From: an uncultured Candidatus Saccharibacteria bacterium
GTDB lineage: Bacteria > Patescibacteriota > Minisyncoccia > Phycocordibacterales > UBA9973
Length of the DNA: 54,503 nucleotides
Assembly (NCBI GenBank): GCA_964606295.1
Contig: CAZSFR010000001.1
Coordinates: forward strand, 1 to 54,503
Direction: 5' to 3'
The position numbers and the translations under genes are program-made. Below the pieces are notes generated by a model that worked only from the letters and a program-made list of their open reading frames with translations, was not told the origin of the DNA and searched no databases. Shown here in pieces: positions 18,842 through 28,046 of this stretch. Position 1 is the first letter of the stretch, and each line of letters opens with the position of its first letter.

Positions 18842-18901
18842 GGGTATACTTATACTTTAGTCGAGCATGTGATAAAGACGGGGAAGACAATAAAATAAGT
18901 A
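18842..18901 (+). repeat. direct repeat copy 2 (orphan gap 3' end)
   Basis: It matches 17429-17488 at 60 of 60 positions. Upstream, weaker protein-level similarity continues (YFSNEWG vs WYDNEYG), with a 1-nt frame break. Confidence 0.9.
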
Positions 18902-19368
18902 TGAGTAACGAACAACTGCCACAAAAAAATAGCATACCAGGGGACCTTGCCCAAGCTCTGTTGAGTCTAGGGAACGGAGATGAAGGGAGTTTAAGACTTT
19001 TTGTCCAAAAGTACGGTATACAGCAAACACCTTTTGATTTAAATAGTTATCTACGGAAACATATTAGACAAACTGTTGAAGGTGGTGTTAGGCGGATTGA
19101 AAAGGAGCTTTCTTATGATCGTACCTTCGATACTTGGAAACTTTTTATAGATTCGGGTTTGTTGACCAAGGAAATTCTGGAAGAAGGCATTAATAATTCT
19201 ATTGAAGAAAACCTGAACAACTCGCCAGACGAAATTGAAAGAATCAATAAGATTGTAGTGAAAAGTGAGCAATTAACGTATTATGGACCGGATTTTGTTA
19301 CCGAATTCAAAAAGGATTTAGTAGAGCGAATTAAAGAAAAATTGGGTTGGGATATAAATTTGAAATAG
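18901..19368 (+). CDS. hypothetical protein (155 aa)
   Basis: The tracked ORF starts at 18835, but its first 22 codons are an out-of-frame reading of the gap remnant. The ATG at 18901 (MSNEQLPQ...) follows the copied gap stop, as the next gene does after the real gap. Confidence 0.5.
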   Translation: MSNEQLPQKNSIPGDLAQALLSLGNGDEGSLRLFVQKYGIQQTPFDLNSYLRKHIRQTVEGGVRRIEKELSYDRTFDTWKLFIDSGLLTKEILEEGINNSIEENLNNSPDEIERINKIVVKSEQLTYYGPDFVTEFKKDLVERIKEKLGWDINLK

Positions 19369-19403
19369 TATAAAAATACATTACAATTGAATGGTGACTA
19401 TAC

Positions 19404-19643
19404 ATGTCGAATGAAAACTTTATATGGAGGGGAATTCAATTCTGGAGTTCTGAAATAGAAAAAGCAGGAGCAGGAGACAACCTCCGATTCTTTAACGATG
19501 TTGTTACAGAAACCAGATCGCCTCATCCAGATGCTGGATATCAAGAGCCAGTTTTGACAGATGTTGTGTTGGGCGGAAGGCAAGCAAGCAACCGATTTCC
19601 CTGTACACGGATATTATGTTACTGTTTTAGAAGAGTAAATTAG
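19404..19643 (+). CDS. hypothetical protein (79 aa), weak
   Basis: ORF only. Its composition (W/R/C-rich tail) is not very protein-like. Confidence 0.3.
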   Translation: MSNENFIWRGIQFWSSEIEKAGAGDNLRFFNDVVTETRSPHPDAGYQEPVLTDVVLGGRQASNRFPCTRILCYCFRRVN

Positions 19644-19644
19644 T

Positions 19645-19917
19645 ATGAACAGCACAGAAAACCCTATTCCAGAATTAAATAAAAGATCAGCACCAGTCTA
19701 CAGTGTCGATGAAGATGGCAACAAATTCCGGACGGTTTTTATTCGGAAGCAAAAGGCGGGAATAGAGTACACTCTTGAAGTGAAATATGACACATATGGC
19801 AATGTTGTTATGACCTCTATTGGTGGCGCGTCACCGGCTAATCAGCAGAGACTATTGAGTACGGGACCTTTGTATGATGAAACAGATTTGTTAGATGATA
19901 GCGACGTTGCAGCATGA
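19645..19917 (+). CDS. hypothetical protein (90 aa)
   Basis: The ORF stop overlaps the rpiB start (ATGA), which suggests co-translation with rpiB. Confidence 0.45.
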   Translation: MNSTENPIPELNKRSAPVYSVDEDGNKFRTVFIRKQKAGIEYTLEVKYDTYGNVVMTSIGGASPANQQRLLSTGPLYDETDLLDDSDVAA

Positions 19918-20396
19918 AAATATACATAGGAAGTGATCATACTGGATTTGAACTCAAAGAGAAGCTAAAGGTCTTTTTGACTGAACGTGGAGATGAATGC
20001 GTAGACAAGGGAGCAACATCGTACAATCCAGATGACGACTACCCAGATTTTGTCGTGCCAGTTGCAGAGTCTGTCGTCGCAGAAGACGGATCAATAGGAA
20101 TCGTGATTGGAGGCAACGGCGAAGGTGAGGCAATAGCATGCAACAGAGTTATAGGTGCTCGAGCGATTGTCTTTTACGGTCCGGTCCTCCCAAAGCAGGC
20201 AATCGATATCACCGGCGCAACGAGCGATGATGAATATGAAATCGTGAGGCTTGGACGTGCGCACGACAATGCAAATATTCTCTCGCTTGGGGCACGATTT
20301 ATAAGCGATGAAGAAGCAATGAATGCAGTTCGCGTTTTCCTTGAGACATCATTTTCAGAGGAAGAAAGACACATAAGAAGAATAGCAAAATACTAA
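19914..20396 (+). CDS. rpiB: ribose-5-phosphate isomerase B
   Basis: It has the MKIYIGSDHTGFELKEKLK N-terminus, GEGEAIACNR and the RpiB length. Confidence 0.9.
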   Translation: MKIYIGSDHTGFELKEKLKVFLTERGDECVDKGATSYNPDDDYPDFVVPVAESVVAEDGSIGIVIGGNGEGEAIACNRVIGARAIVFYGPVLPKQAIDITGATSDDEYEIVRLGRAHDNANILSLGARFISDEEAMNAVRVFLETSFSEEERHIRRIAKY

Positions 20397-20397
20397 T

Positions 20398-20943
20398 ATG
20401 CAAGAATCATACGGCGAAGAAAAAGGTAAAAATATAGCTTTGAGCAAACTCATTTCACGGAGTAACTACTTCGAGCATGTTGATGATCATCTTGTTGATG
20501 CGGAAAATACATTTAAGTGGAAATGTGATGTATTGGATGACTTCTCTGAGGTCATTCAGAGAAAAGAAGATACACAGGCAGTCTATGACATAGTACTTAA
20601 CATTTCTTCATCACATGTCACAACTTATAACATGCAAATCGAGAATCTATCAAAAGATATTGACGACACGAAAGAAGAGAATGTTCGTTCTGAATTGAAA
20701 AATGGTATGAACGTCCTCGTGGAACAAAGAAAGTTTTATAATAAAATCAGTGAAGAGCTGTACAACATTGTTTTGAATGCCGATGTTACAAGAGATGTCA
20801 TGATGGGTGTTATAAGAAAAATTCAAAATGAAATCAGAGATACGCGAGACATATCGCGAAAGAAAGATATCATTGCAACACAAATAGACAGCGCAAGCAT
20901 GCCCGACTTTTCTGGTGGCAGTAAAGATATTCACCTCAACTAA
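20398..20943 (+). CDS. hypothetical protein (181 aa)
   Basis: The ORF is tightly packed between rpiB and the CYTH gene. I recognise no motif. Confidence 0.5.
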   Translation: MQESYGEEKGKNIALSKLISRSNYFEHVDDHLVDAENTFKWKCDVLDDFSEVIQRKEDTQAVYDIVLNISSSHVTTYNMQIENLSKDIDDTKEENVRSELKNGMNVLVEQRKFYNKISEELYNIVLNADVTRDVMMGVIRKIQNEIRDTRDISRKKDIIATQIDSASMPDFSGGSKDIHLN

Positions 20944-20944
20944 T

Positions 20945-21508
20945 ATGCGTGAAATAGAAGTCAAAGCAAAAGTCAAAAACGAAGAGACTCTTTTGTCGGC
21001 ACTCAAAAATGCAGGCTGTGAGCTCGGAAGTCCGGTGGTTCAAAAAGATACTGTCTATGTAGAAAACACAGGCAATCTCGAAACATTTCTATCAAATCGC
21101 TGTTTTATGCGTATTCGTGAAAGTGATGATGGAAGCATCCACTTCACCTATAAACGTCCTAAGAGTAATAGATTGCACAAAGAAGATAGTTTGGACAAAG
21201 TTGAGCATGAGCTTATAGTTGATAGCAAGGAGGCGTGTGAAGGAATGCTGGAGGAGCTTGGTTTCAAAAAGGCCGTCTATACAGAGAAGACTAGGCGAAA
21301 AGCAAAGTGGAAAGATTATGAGATTTGTTTTGACCAAATCGAAGGTCTTGGAAGCTTTATTGAAATAGAAAAGATGGCTGGCGAAAATGAAACGGCTGAA
21401 GATGTGGAGAGTGAATTGCTTGGTCACTTAATTTCCTTTGGTATTGATTCTCAAGAAAGAATTACGCAGGGATATGATATATTAACGATACTAAACGAAC
21501 AAAAATAA
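20945..21508 (+). CDS. CYTH-domain protein (class IV adenylate cyclase / triphosphatase family)
   Basis: It starts MREIEVKAKV (ExExK signature) and has a beta-barrel-like alternation. The ORF is open from 20915. Confidence 0.75.
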   Translation: MREIEVKAKVKNEETLLSALKNAGCELGSPVVQKDTVYVENTGNLETFLSNRCFMRIRESDDGSIHFTYKRPKSNRLHKEDSLDKVEHELIVDSKEACEGMLEELGFKKAVYTEKTRRKAKWKDYEICFDQIEGLGSFIEIEKMAGENETAEDVESELLGHLISFGIDSQERITQGYDILTILNEQK

Positions 21509-21510
21509 GT

Positions 21511-22197
21511 ATGGAAATAATTCCCGCAATCTTGCCAGAAGACGTACAGGAAATCCGTGAGAAGCTCACGGAGCTTATGGATCTCGTATCATATGTGCAA
21601 CTAGATTTTTGCGATGGCATCTATGTGCAGTCGAAGACATGGCCGTTCAATCATTCAGATGACTATGTGTTTGAACAGATCATGAACGAAGATGAAGGAT
21701 TGCCGTACTGGGACCGCTTCAATTTTGAGTTTGATTTGATGGTGAACGAAGCACACAAATCTTTTGATACATTTATAAAACTTGGCGCGTCGCGCATCGT
21801 CTTTCATCTTGAAGCAGAGGGAGATGAAGGAGAGTTTCTAGAATTCCTCGAAGGTATTGATTTGTTTGTCCGTGAAAATGTAGAAATAGGAGTTGCTATA
21901 AGGCAAACGACATCTGTCGAGAAGCTTGATCCGCTTATTTCACATGTCGATTTTGTCCAACTTATGGGAATCAAGGAAATAGGGAAGCAGGGTGAAGAAT
22001 TCGATGATGCCGTCCTTGAACAAATCACATCACTCCGAGCAAAATATCCTGACCTTGTCATGTCTGTAGACGGAGGCGTCAATGAGGGCACTGTGACAAA
22101 GCTTCGTGAGGCAGGGGCGACACGATTGATTGCTGGATCAGGGATTTGGAAAGCGACAGACATCCCTAGCGAAATCCGGCACCTCGAAAGTCTTTAA
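21511..22197 (+). CDS. ribulose-phosphate-binding TIM-barrel protein, ribulose-5-phosphate 3-epimerase-like (divergent)
   Basis: IIPAILPED...VQLDFCDG...FHLE...MSVDGGVN resembles the Rpe family. Its position between rpiB and transketolase supports the call. Confidence 0.6.
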   Translation: MEIIPAILPEDVQEIREKLTELMDLVSYVQLDFCDGIYVQSKTWPFNHSDDYVFEQIMNEDEGLPYWDRFNFEFDLMVNEAHKSFDTFIKLGASRIVFHLEAEGDEGEFLEFLEGIDLFVRENVEIGVAIRQTTSVEKLDPLISHVDFVQLMGIKEIGKQGEEFDDAVLEQITSLRAKYPDLVMSVDGGVNEGTVTKLREAGATRLIAGSGIWKATDIPSEIRHLESL

Positions 22198-22224
22198 TCG
22201 TTTCTTTTCTGCTATACTATATCT

Positions 22225-23115
22225 ATGAGTATCACTGAGGAAAAAGTAGGAGAGATCGAACTCAAGGCAAACGATATTCGTGTTTCAATCATTGAAATGC
22301 TTATGGCCGCGGGGTCTGGTCACACAGCAGGACCTCTTGGCATGAGCGATATTTTAGCAACACTTTATTTTCATATTCTCAAACACGATCCCAAAAAGCC
22401 TGATTGGGCAGAGCGGGACCGACTCGTACTTTCAAACGGACACATTTGTCCAGTTCTTTATGCAACCATGGCGCATGCAGGATATTTTCCAGTTGAAGAA
22501 CTCAAAACTCTTCGTAAATTTGGTTCTCGACTTCAAGGACATCCACATCGAGAGTATTTACCGATGGTTGAAAATTCTTCTGGACCACTCGGGTCAGGGC
22601 TTTCGCAAGCAGTAGGAATGGCACTTGCAGATAGGATTGATAAGAAAGACGGGGAGAGGATGATATTTTGTCTCATGTCTGACGGCGAGCACGATGAAGG
22701 CAATACATGGGAGGGAATGATGCTTGCTGGTAAGGAGAGACTTCGCAATCTGATCGCTATTGTTGATCGCAACAACATCCAGATAGACGGAAATACTGAA
22801 GACATCATGCCACTCGAGCCACTTATCGACAAATGGGAAGCATTCAACTGGCATGTACAAGAAATCGATGGACACAATATCGTAGAAATAATCGATGCAG
22901 TCAATCGCGCAAGGGCGGTCTATGAAAAACCATCTGTGATCATCGCTCGCACAATCCCGGGCAAAGGCGTGAAGGAATTCGAACGCGACTTCCGGTGGCA
23001 TGGCAATCCTCCCGGCAAAGGACCAGAGGATAAGATTCCGAAAGACAAGCAAGGAGAAGTTGCACTCAAGGAACTGCGGACGTTAGGGGGAAAGATAAAG
23101 AGTGAGCACCAATAA
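22225..23115 (+). CDS. transketolase, N-terminal (TPP-binding) subunit
   Basis: GSGHTAGPLGMSD, LSNGH and GPLGSGLSQAVGMA motifs. TATACT lies 6 nt before the ATG. Confidence 0.9.
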   Translation: MSITEEKVGEIELKANDIRVSIIEMLMAAGSGHTAGPLGMSDILATLYFHILKHDPKKPDWAERDRLVLSNGHICPVLYATMAHAGYFPVEELKTLRKFGSRLQGHPHREYLPMVENSSGPLGSGLSQAVGMALADRIDKKDGERMIFCLMSDGEHDEGNTWEGMMLAGKERLRNLIAIVDRNNIQIDGNTEDIMPLEPLIDKWEAFNWHVQEIDGHNIVEIIDAVNRARAVYEKPSVIIARTIPGKGVKEFERDFRWHGNPPGKGPEDKIPKDKQGEVALKELRTLGGKIKSEHQ

Positions 23116-23139
23116 AAATATAGGCACTACCATATCAAA

Positions 23140-24129
23140 ATGCTAAATCCTAAACTAAAACTCAATCCAAAAGTATGGAACGACGACGTGAAGCAAATTC
23201 CAATTCGCGAAGGATTTGGTGATGGCTTGGTAATGCTTGGTGAAAGCGATGAAAGAGTAGTTGCACTCTGTGCAGATCTCACAGAGAGTACCAAAATGGA
23301 AAGCTTCGCGAAGAAATATCCTGAACGCTACATCGAAATAGGTGTTGCAGAGCAAAATCTCGTAACAGTGTCATCAGGAATGGCTGCGATGGGGAAGATT
23401 CCGTTTTGCTCGAGCTATGCGATGTTTTCTCCCGGACGAAACTGGGAGCAGATCAGGACGACTATTGCTTACAATGACCGTCCTGTCATCATCGTTGGGA
23501 GTCATGCAGGTATCTCTGTCGGCCCAGATGGTGGTACACATCAAGCAATCGAAGATATAGCCCTCATGCGCGTCATGCCAAACATGATGGTGATTTCTCC
23601 ATGTGATGCAATAGAAGCAAGGAAAGCCACGCGTGCACTTGCAAAGCTCGGCAAACCTGCGTACTTGCGTCTTGCGCGCGAAAAAACTGGCATCATCACA
23701 ACAGATGAGACACCATTTGAAATAGGGAAGGCGCAAGTCTTTTACTCGCCAGACGGTATTGCAAATGTGGGCATCGTTGCCACAGGAGCACTGGTGAGAA
23801 ATACCATGCTAGCTGCTCGAGATTTAGAAAAAAAAGGAATACGATGCAAAGTTCTCAATCTCGCGACAATCAAACCGCTCGACAAAGACGCAATCATTGC
23901 ACTTGCCAAAGAAACAAAGCATATAGTTACTGTCGAAGAACACCAGAAAATCGGGGGCATGGGTAGTGCCGTTGCGGAAGTGTTGGCACAAGAATTCCCC
24001 GTGCCGATAGAATTTGTCGGAGTTGATGACAAATTTGGTCAGTCAGGAACACCAGATGAATTGATAGAGCACTACGGCATGGGGCGTGAGGCAATCAAGG
24101 AGGCAGTGATGCGAGTTATCAATCGATGA
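23140..24129 (+). CDS. transketolase, C-terminal (pyrimidine-binding) subunit
   Basis: GVAEQNLV and GSHAGISVGPDGGTHQAIEDIALMR motifs. Confidence 0.9.
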   Translation: MLNPKLKLNPKVWNDDVKQIPIREGFGDGLVMLGESDERVVALCADLTESTKMESFAKKYPERYIEIGVAEQNLVTVSSGMAAMGKIPFCSSYAMFSPGRNWEQIRTTIAYNDRPVIIVGSHAGISVGPDGGTHQAIEDIALMRVMPNMMVISPCDAIEARKATRALAKLGKPAYLRLAREKTGIITTDETPFEIGKAQVFYSPDGIANVGIVATGALVRNTMLAARDLEKKGIRCKVLNLATIKPLDKDAIIALAKETKHIVTVEEHQKIGGMGSAVAEVLAQEFPVPIEFVGVDDKFGQSGTPDELIEHYGMGREAIKEAVMRVINR

Positions 24130-24365
24130 AAATGAAATTTTTTGAAATCGCAGGCTGGTATGGAGCAATTGCCATCCTCGTTGCATTTTTTTTGATAAGT
24201 TTCAGCTACGTCACAGGCCAATCTGTGTTTTATCAAGTCGTCATTTTGACCGGCGCGCTCGGACTCATGTTCAATGCTTACAAAAATAGTGCATACCCGA
24301 ACGCTACACTCAATATTATTTATGCGCTTATCGCAGTTGTTGCACTCGTGCGTATTATTATATAG
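24126..24365 (+). CDS. small membrane protein (79 aa)
   Basis: It has 2-3 TM helices and its start overlaps the transketolase stop (ATGA). Confidence 0.5.
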   Translation: MKMKFFEIAGWYGAIAILVAFFLISFSYVTGQSVFYQVVILTGALGLMFNAYKNSAYPNATLNIIYALIAVVALVRIII

Positions 24366-24373
24366 AAAATAAC

Positions 24374-24682
24374 CTAGTGAATTGCGTTTGTGTTGATTTT
24401 TGCAAGATGATCTCTGATCATCTCGGAATACGTTTTCAAAGCAGTTTCTCTGTAAGGACTCAGACCCTTTTCTTCAATTTCTTTTGTTATTTTTGAATAC
24501 TCCAAATATATTTCAGTCATCGATGAGCTCATATCAGGACTACTCTCTTTGATTGAGGTAATGTAATTGCTAAATCGAAATAATTCATCGTTGCTGACCT
24601 TGCTTGCTGTAACAATAACAGGAGTGATCTCAGGGTTGTAGCGATTTTTGAATTGATCTGAATTTATTTGATCTAGTGGCAT
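24374..24682 (-). CDS. hypothetical protein (about 102 aa)
   Basis: The tracked ORF (to 24853) overlaps the PfkB kinase. An internal ATG at 24682 lies 2 nt after the kinase stop. Confidence 0.4.
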   Translation of the reverse strand: MPLDQINSDQFKNRYNPEITPVIVTASKVSNDELFRFSNYITSIKESSPDMSSSMTEIYLEYSKITKEIEEKGLSPYRETALKTYSEMIRDHLAKINTNAIH

Positions 24683-24684
24683 AA

Positions 24685-25683
24685 TTATAATAGTGGAACT
24701 GGTTTGTAATCTATTGGAGCTTTCTCCAAAAATTCCATTATTTGCGCCTCTGTAAGAAGTCCCTTTTGTGCACCAACATGCTGTGTCACTGACATGGCAT
24801 TGATCGGCGCCCAAAGAAGTGCTTCTTCCATAGATTTGCCCTTCATTAGACATGATGTGATGGTCGAGCAGAATGCGTCACCTGCGCCTGTACGTTCATA
24901 TGGATCGTGTGGGTACACCTGCATAAACCAATAATTCTCGCCATCAAATGCATATGCGCCATCGATGCCGTCAGTCACTACAACTTTCTTTGGTCCAAGG
25001 TCTCGAAGTTTGTCCATCAAAATTCTTGGCTCATGGCTTTCAATGGAGAGTATGCGCTGAGCTTCTTCAACATTGCAAAAGAAGACTTCAGTATGTTGAT
25101 AAATATCTTTCAAGACATCAATACCAAGCTTCATTTGGAAAGTTCCTGGCTGAAAAGCCAATTTCACATCTGGATTCTTCACCAGATATCGTGAAATTTC
25201 ATGGTGGTATTGTTCTGAGTTGGACGCTAGTGACGAAAGATACATCCACTTTGGAGCGGAGATGTTTTCGGGAAATGAATACGGGTAAAAAATATGATTT
25301 ACTAGTATTGTTCGCTCAACATCGTACCAAATCACATAGTGATAATTGGATTTGAATCCGGGGACTTTTTGAATAAAGTTTGTACCAACATTGTTGTGAA
25401 GCAGTTCCTCCAAATTACCCTTTGCAATATCGTCCTCACCCATGTATGCCATCAGATGTGATGTGACGCCGAGGCGCGCTGCACAAACTGCCGCATTTGC
25501 ACTATTGCCGACCGCACGGATGATTTCTGCGCTTTCATAAGGCACTTTGTCTCCAAAACGAAGGCAGAGCTCGCAGGCATCATGATTAAGCTTGCAATGA
25601 ACAGAAGCGTCTTTTATACGAATAAATGGCTCCGTGACGATGTCGCCTACAGCTAAAAAGTCGATTTTATCCTTATTTTCCAT
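24685..25683 (-). CDS. PfkB-family carbohydrate kinase
   Basis: It has the ribokinase-like fold and the C-terminal TGAGDAF anion-hole motif. Confidence 0.85.
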   Translation of the reverse strand: MENKDKIDFLAVGDIVTEPFIRIKDASVHCKLNHDACELCLRFGDKVPYESAEIIRAVGNSANAAVCAARLGVTSHLMAYMGEDDIAKGNLEELLHNNVGTNFIQKVPGFKSNYHYVIWYDVERTILVNHIFYPYSFPENISAPKWMYLSSLASNSEQYHHEISRYLVKNPDVKLAFQPGTFQMKLGIDVLKDIYQHTEVFFCNVEEAQRILSIESHEPRILMDKLRDLGPKKVVVTDGIDGAYAFDGENYWFMQVYPHDPYERTGAGDAFCSTITSCLMKGKSMEEALLWAPINAMSVTQHVGAQKGLLTEAQIMEFLEKAPIDYKPVPLL

Positions 25684-25690
25684 ATGCAGA

Positions 25691-25715
25691 AATTATATCA
25701 CAATGTGATATAATT
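25691..25715. promoter_or_regulatory. 25-bp perfect palindrome containing both divergent -10 boxes
   Basis: AATTATATCACA-a-TGTGATATAATT has a TATAAT on each strand. The distance to the ATG is 6 nt for fba and about 8 nt for the kinase. Confidence 0.7.
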
Positions 25716-25720
25716 GGGCT

Positions 25721-26602
25721 ATGAAAACGCTTCGAGAGTATATTTTAGAGGCTGATGAGAAGGGGATAGCTATTGGGCATTTTAACATATCAAATTCAGA
25801 TATTTTGATGGGTATATTTTCTGCTGCAAAAAAGCTTGACGTGCCAGTCATTATTGGAGTTTCTGAAGGTGAGGAAAATTTTATAGGTACGGATGAAGCA
25901 CGAGCATTGGTAACAAGTCTACGTGAGACATATGATTATCCGATCTTCCTCAACGCAGACCATCACTATTCATTTGAGAGCGTCAAGAAAGCGATAGATG
26001 CGGGATTTGATGCTGTCATAATCGATGCAGTCAAATTGCCGATGGAGGAAAATATAGCTCTGACAAAAAAATGTGTAGACTACGCACGAGAGGTTTCGAA
26101 AGCAACAGGCAGGGATATTCTTGTGGAAGGTGAACTCGGATTTATTGGTACATCATCAAAAATGTTAGATAAGATTCCCGACGGTGTCAGCGAAGATACT
26201 ATGACAACACCAGAAGAGGCGAAGATGTTTGTTGAAAGAACTGGTATTGATTTGCTTGCCCCGTCTATTGGTAACATCCACGGCATGGTCAAAAGCGGAA
26301 ATCCTAGATTACACCCAGAGAGAGTAATGGCAATCCGTGATGCATGCAAAATCCCGTTGGTGCTCCATGGTGGATCAGGAACAATGAGTGGGGATTTTAC
26401 AGAATGTATAAAAGCTGGTATCGATATCGTCCATATAAACACAGAAATTCGCGTCGCGTACCGTGATGGATTGAAGCAATCATTCAAAGATAATCCTGAC
26501 GAAGTCGCACCGTATAGATTCTTGGAGCCGGGAATTGATGCAGTTGAAAAAGTGGTTGAAGAAAAGTTAAAAATATTTTGTCGATTGACCGATGGAAAGT
26601 GA
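25721..26602 (+). CDS. fba: class II fructose-1,6-bisphosphate aldolase
   Basis: IAIGHFN, LNADHH, LHGGSG and HINTE motifs. Confidence 0.9.
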   Translation: MKTLREYILEADEKGIAIGHFNISNSDILMGIFSAAKKLDVPVIIGVSEGEENFIGTDEARALVTSLRETYDYPIFLNADHHYSFESVKKAIDAGFDAVIIDAVKLPMEENIALTKKCVDYAREVSKATGRDILVEGELGFIGTSSKMLDKIPDGVSEDTMTTPEEAKMFVERTGIDLLAPSIGNIHGMVKSGNPRLHPERVMAIRDACKIPLVLHGGSGTMSGDFTECIKAGIDIVHINTEIRVAYRDGLKQSFKDNPDEVAPYRFLEPGIDAVEKVVEEKLKIFCRLTDGK

Positions 26603-28046
26603 TAATAGAAAAATAGTAACACGCTTTGCTCCGAGCCCGACAGGATTTATGCATGTGGGCAATGTACGCACAGCTCTCTATGCGTGGCTTTTTGCACGTA
26701 AAAACAAAGGAACATTCATTCTTCGTATTGAAGATACTGACAAAGTGCGCGAAGTAGAAGGTTCGGCCGAGCATATTATTGAATCTTTGAAATGGCTAGG
26801 TCTCGACTGGGATGAAGGAGTAGATATAGGAGGACCGAGCGCTCCGTACAAGCAATCTATGCGAATAGAAACGTATGTGAAGTACGCGACAATATTATTG
26901 GAAAAAGGTTTTGCTTATCCCGATCCATATAGCGAAGAGGAGTTGGAGGCATTTCGAAAAACAGCAGACGAAGAAAAGCGTCCATTTTTGTTTCGTGAGC
27001 ACAGGCCAGAAACTTTCGAATCGTGGGACGGAAAAAGACCACTTCGCTTCAAGGTTCCTACTGTAAAACGCTATGAATGGCATGATGTAGTCTATGGCGA
27101 TCTCTCAGCCGGACCTGAAGCGCTTGATGATTTCGTTTTGATCAAAGGAGATGGGTATCCAACATATAATTTTGCTCACATTATAGATGATGTGCTCATG
27201 GGAGTCACACATGTTATGCGTGGGCAGGAATTTATTTCGTCAACACCCAAATTTTTATCGCTTTACGATGCACTAGATATCCCATGGCCGACATTTGCTA
27301 CATTGCCACCCATCATGGCAGAAGATGGCAAAAAGAAGCTCGGCAAGAGAGATGGAGCAAAAGATATGCTCGCATACAGAGACGAAGGCTATTTGCCAGA
27401 AGCGATGATGAATTTCCTCGCATATCTCGGATGGAATCCGGGAGATGAAAGAGAAATTATGGCTCCGAGCGAACTCATTACATCATTTTCCCTTGAACGT
27501 ATTGGTCACAGTGGGGCAAAGTTGAATGATGAAAAACTCGACTGGGTAAACAAAGAGCATATGAAACTTCTTACTCCTCTGGAATTTGAATCAAATGCTA
27601 GAATGTTTGTGCCCGAAGATTTCAAGGAAAGAATGAATTCAACACGAATTAGTACACAAATATTTGAAGTCTTACGAGAACGAATTGCAAAATTTGGAGA
27701 CATAAAAAATGTTTTTGAAAGTGGGGAATTCGACTTCTTTTTTAATACACCACAATACGATCCCGCAATACTTATTCCCAAGAAGAGCACAAGTGATATC
27801 ACAAAAGGTCATCTTGATACATTAGCCAAAATGCTCGAGATACTCTCAGAAGAGAAGTGGACCGCTGAAGGTATAAAAAATGCTCTCTGGGGCTACGCAA
27901 CGGAAAACGGCAAGGGAGAGGTCCTAGCACCTATGCGCATTGCACTTTCAGGACGTCTTTCGTCGCCAGATCCGTTCTCTATAGCGACTGCTGTCGGAAA
28001 GCAAATAACATTGTTACGACTTATTCATGCAAAAGATTCACTCTAA
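26592..28046 (+). CDS. gltX: glutamyl-tRNA synthetase
   Basis: RFAPSPTGFMHVGNVRTAL (HIGH) and KLGKRDG (KMSKS). Confidence 0.92.
   Translation: MESDNRKIVTRFAPSPTGFMHVGNVRTALYAWLFARKNKGTFILRIEDTDKVREVEGSAEHIIESLKWLGLDWDEGVDIGGPSAPYKQSMRIETYVKYATILLEKGFAYPDPYSEEELEAFRKTADEEKRPFLFREHRPETFESWDGKRPLRFKVPTVKRYEWHDVVYGDLSAGPEALDDFVLIKGDGYPTYNFAHIIDDVLMGVTHVMRGQEFISSTPKFLSLYDALDIPWPTFATLPPIMAEDGKKKLGKRDGAKDMLAYRDEGYLPEAMMNFLAYLGWNPGDEREIMAPSELITSFSLERIGHSGAKLNDEKLDWVNKEHMKLLTPLEFESNARMFVPEDFKERMNSTRISTQIFEVLRERIAKFGDIKNVFESGEFDFFFNTPQYDPAILIPKKSTSDITKGHLDTLAKMLEILSEEKWTAEGIKNALWGYATENGKGEVLAPMRIALSGRLSSPDPFSIATAVGKQITLLRLIHAKDSL

Noticed and set aside
18835-18900. An N-terminal extension of the 177-aa tracked ORF (MNGVYLYFSRACDKDGEDNKIS...).
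   Set aside because: These codons are an out-of-frame reading of the duplicated gap 3' end. The ATG at 18901 is the more plausible start.
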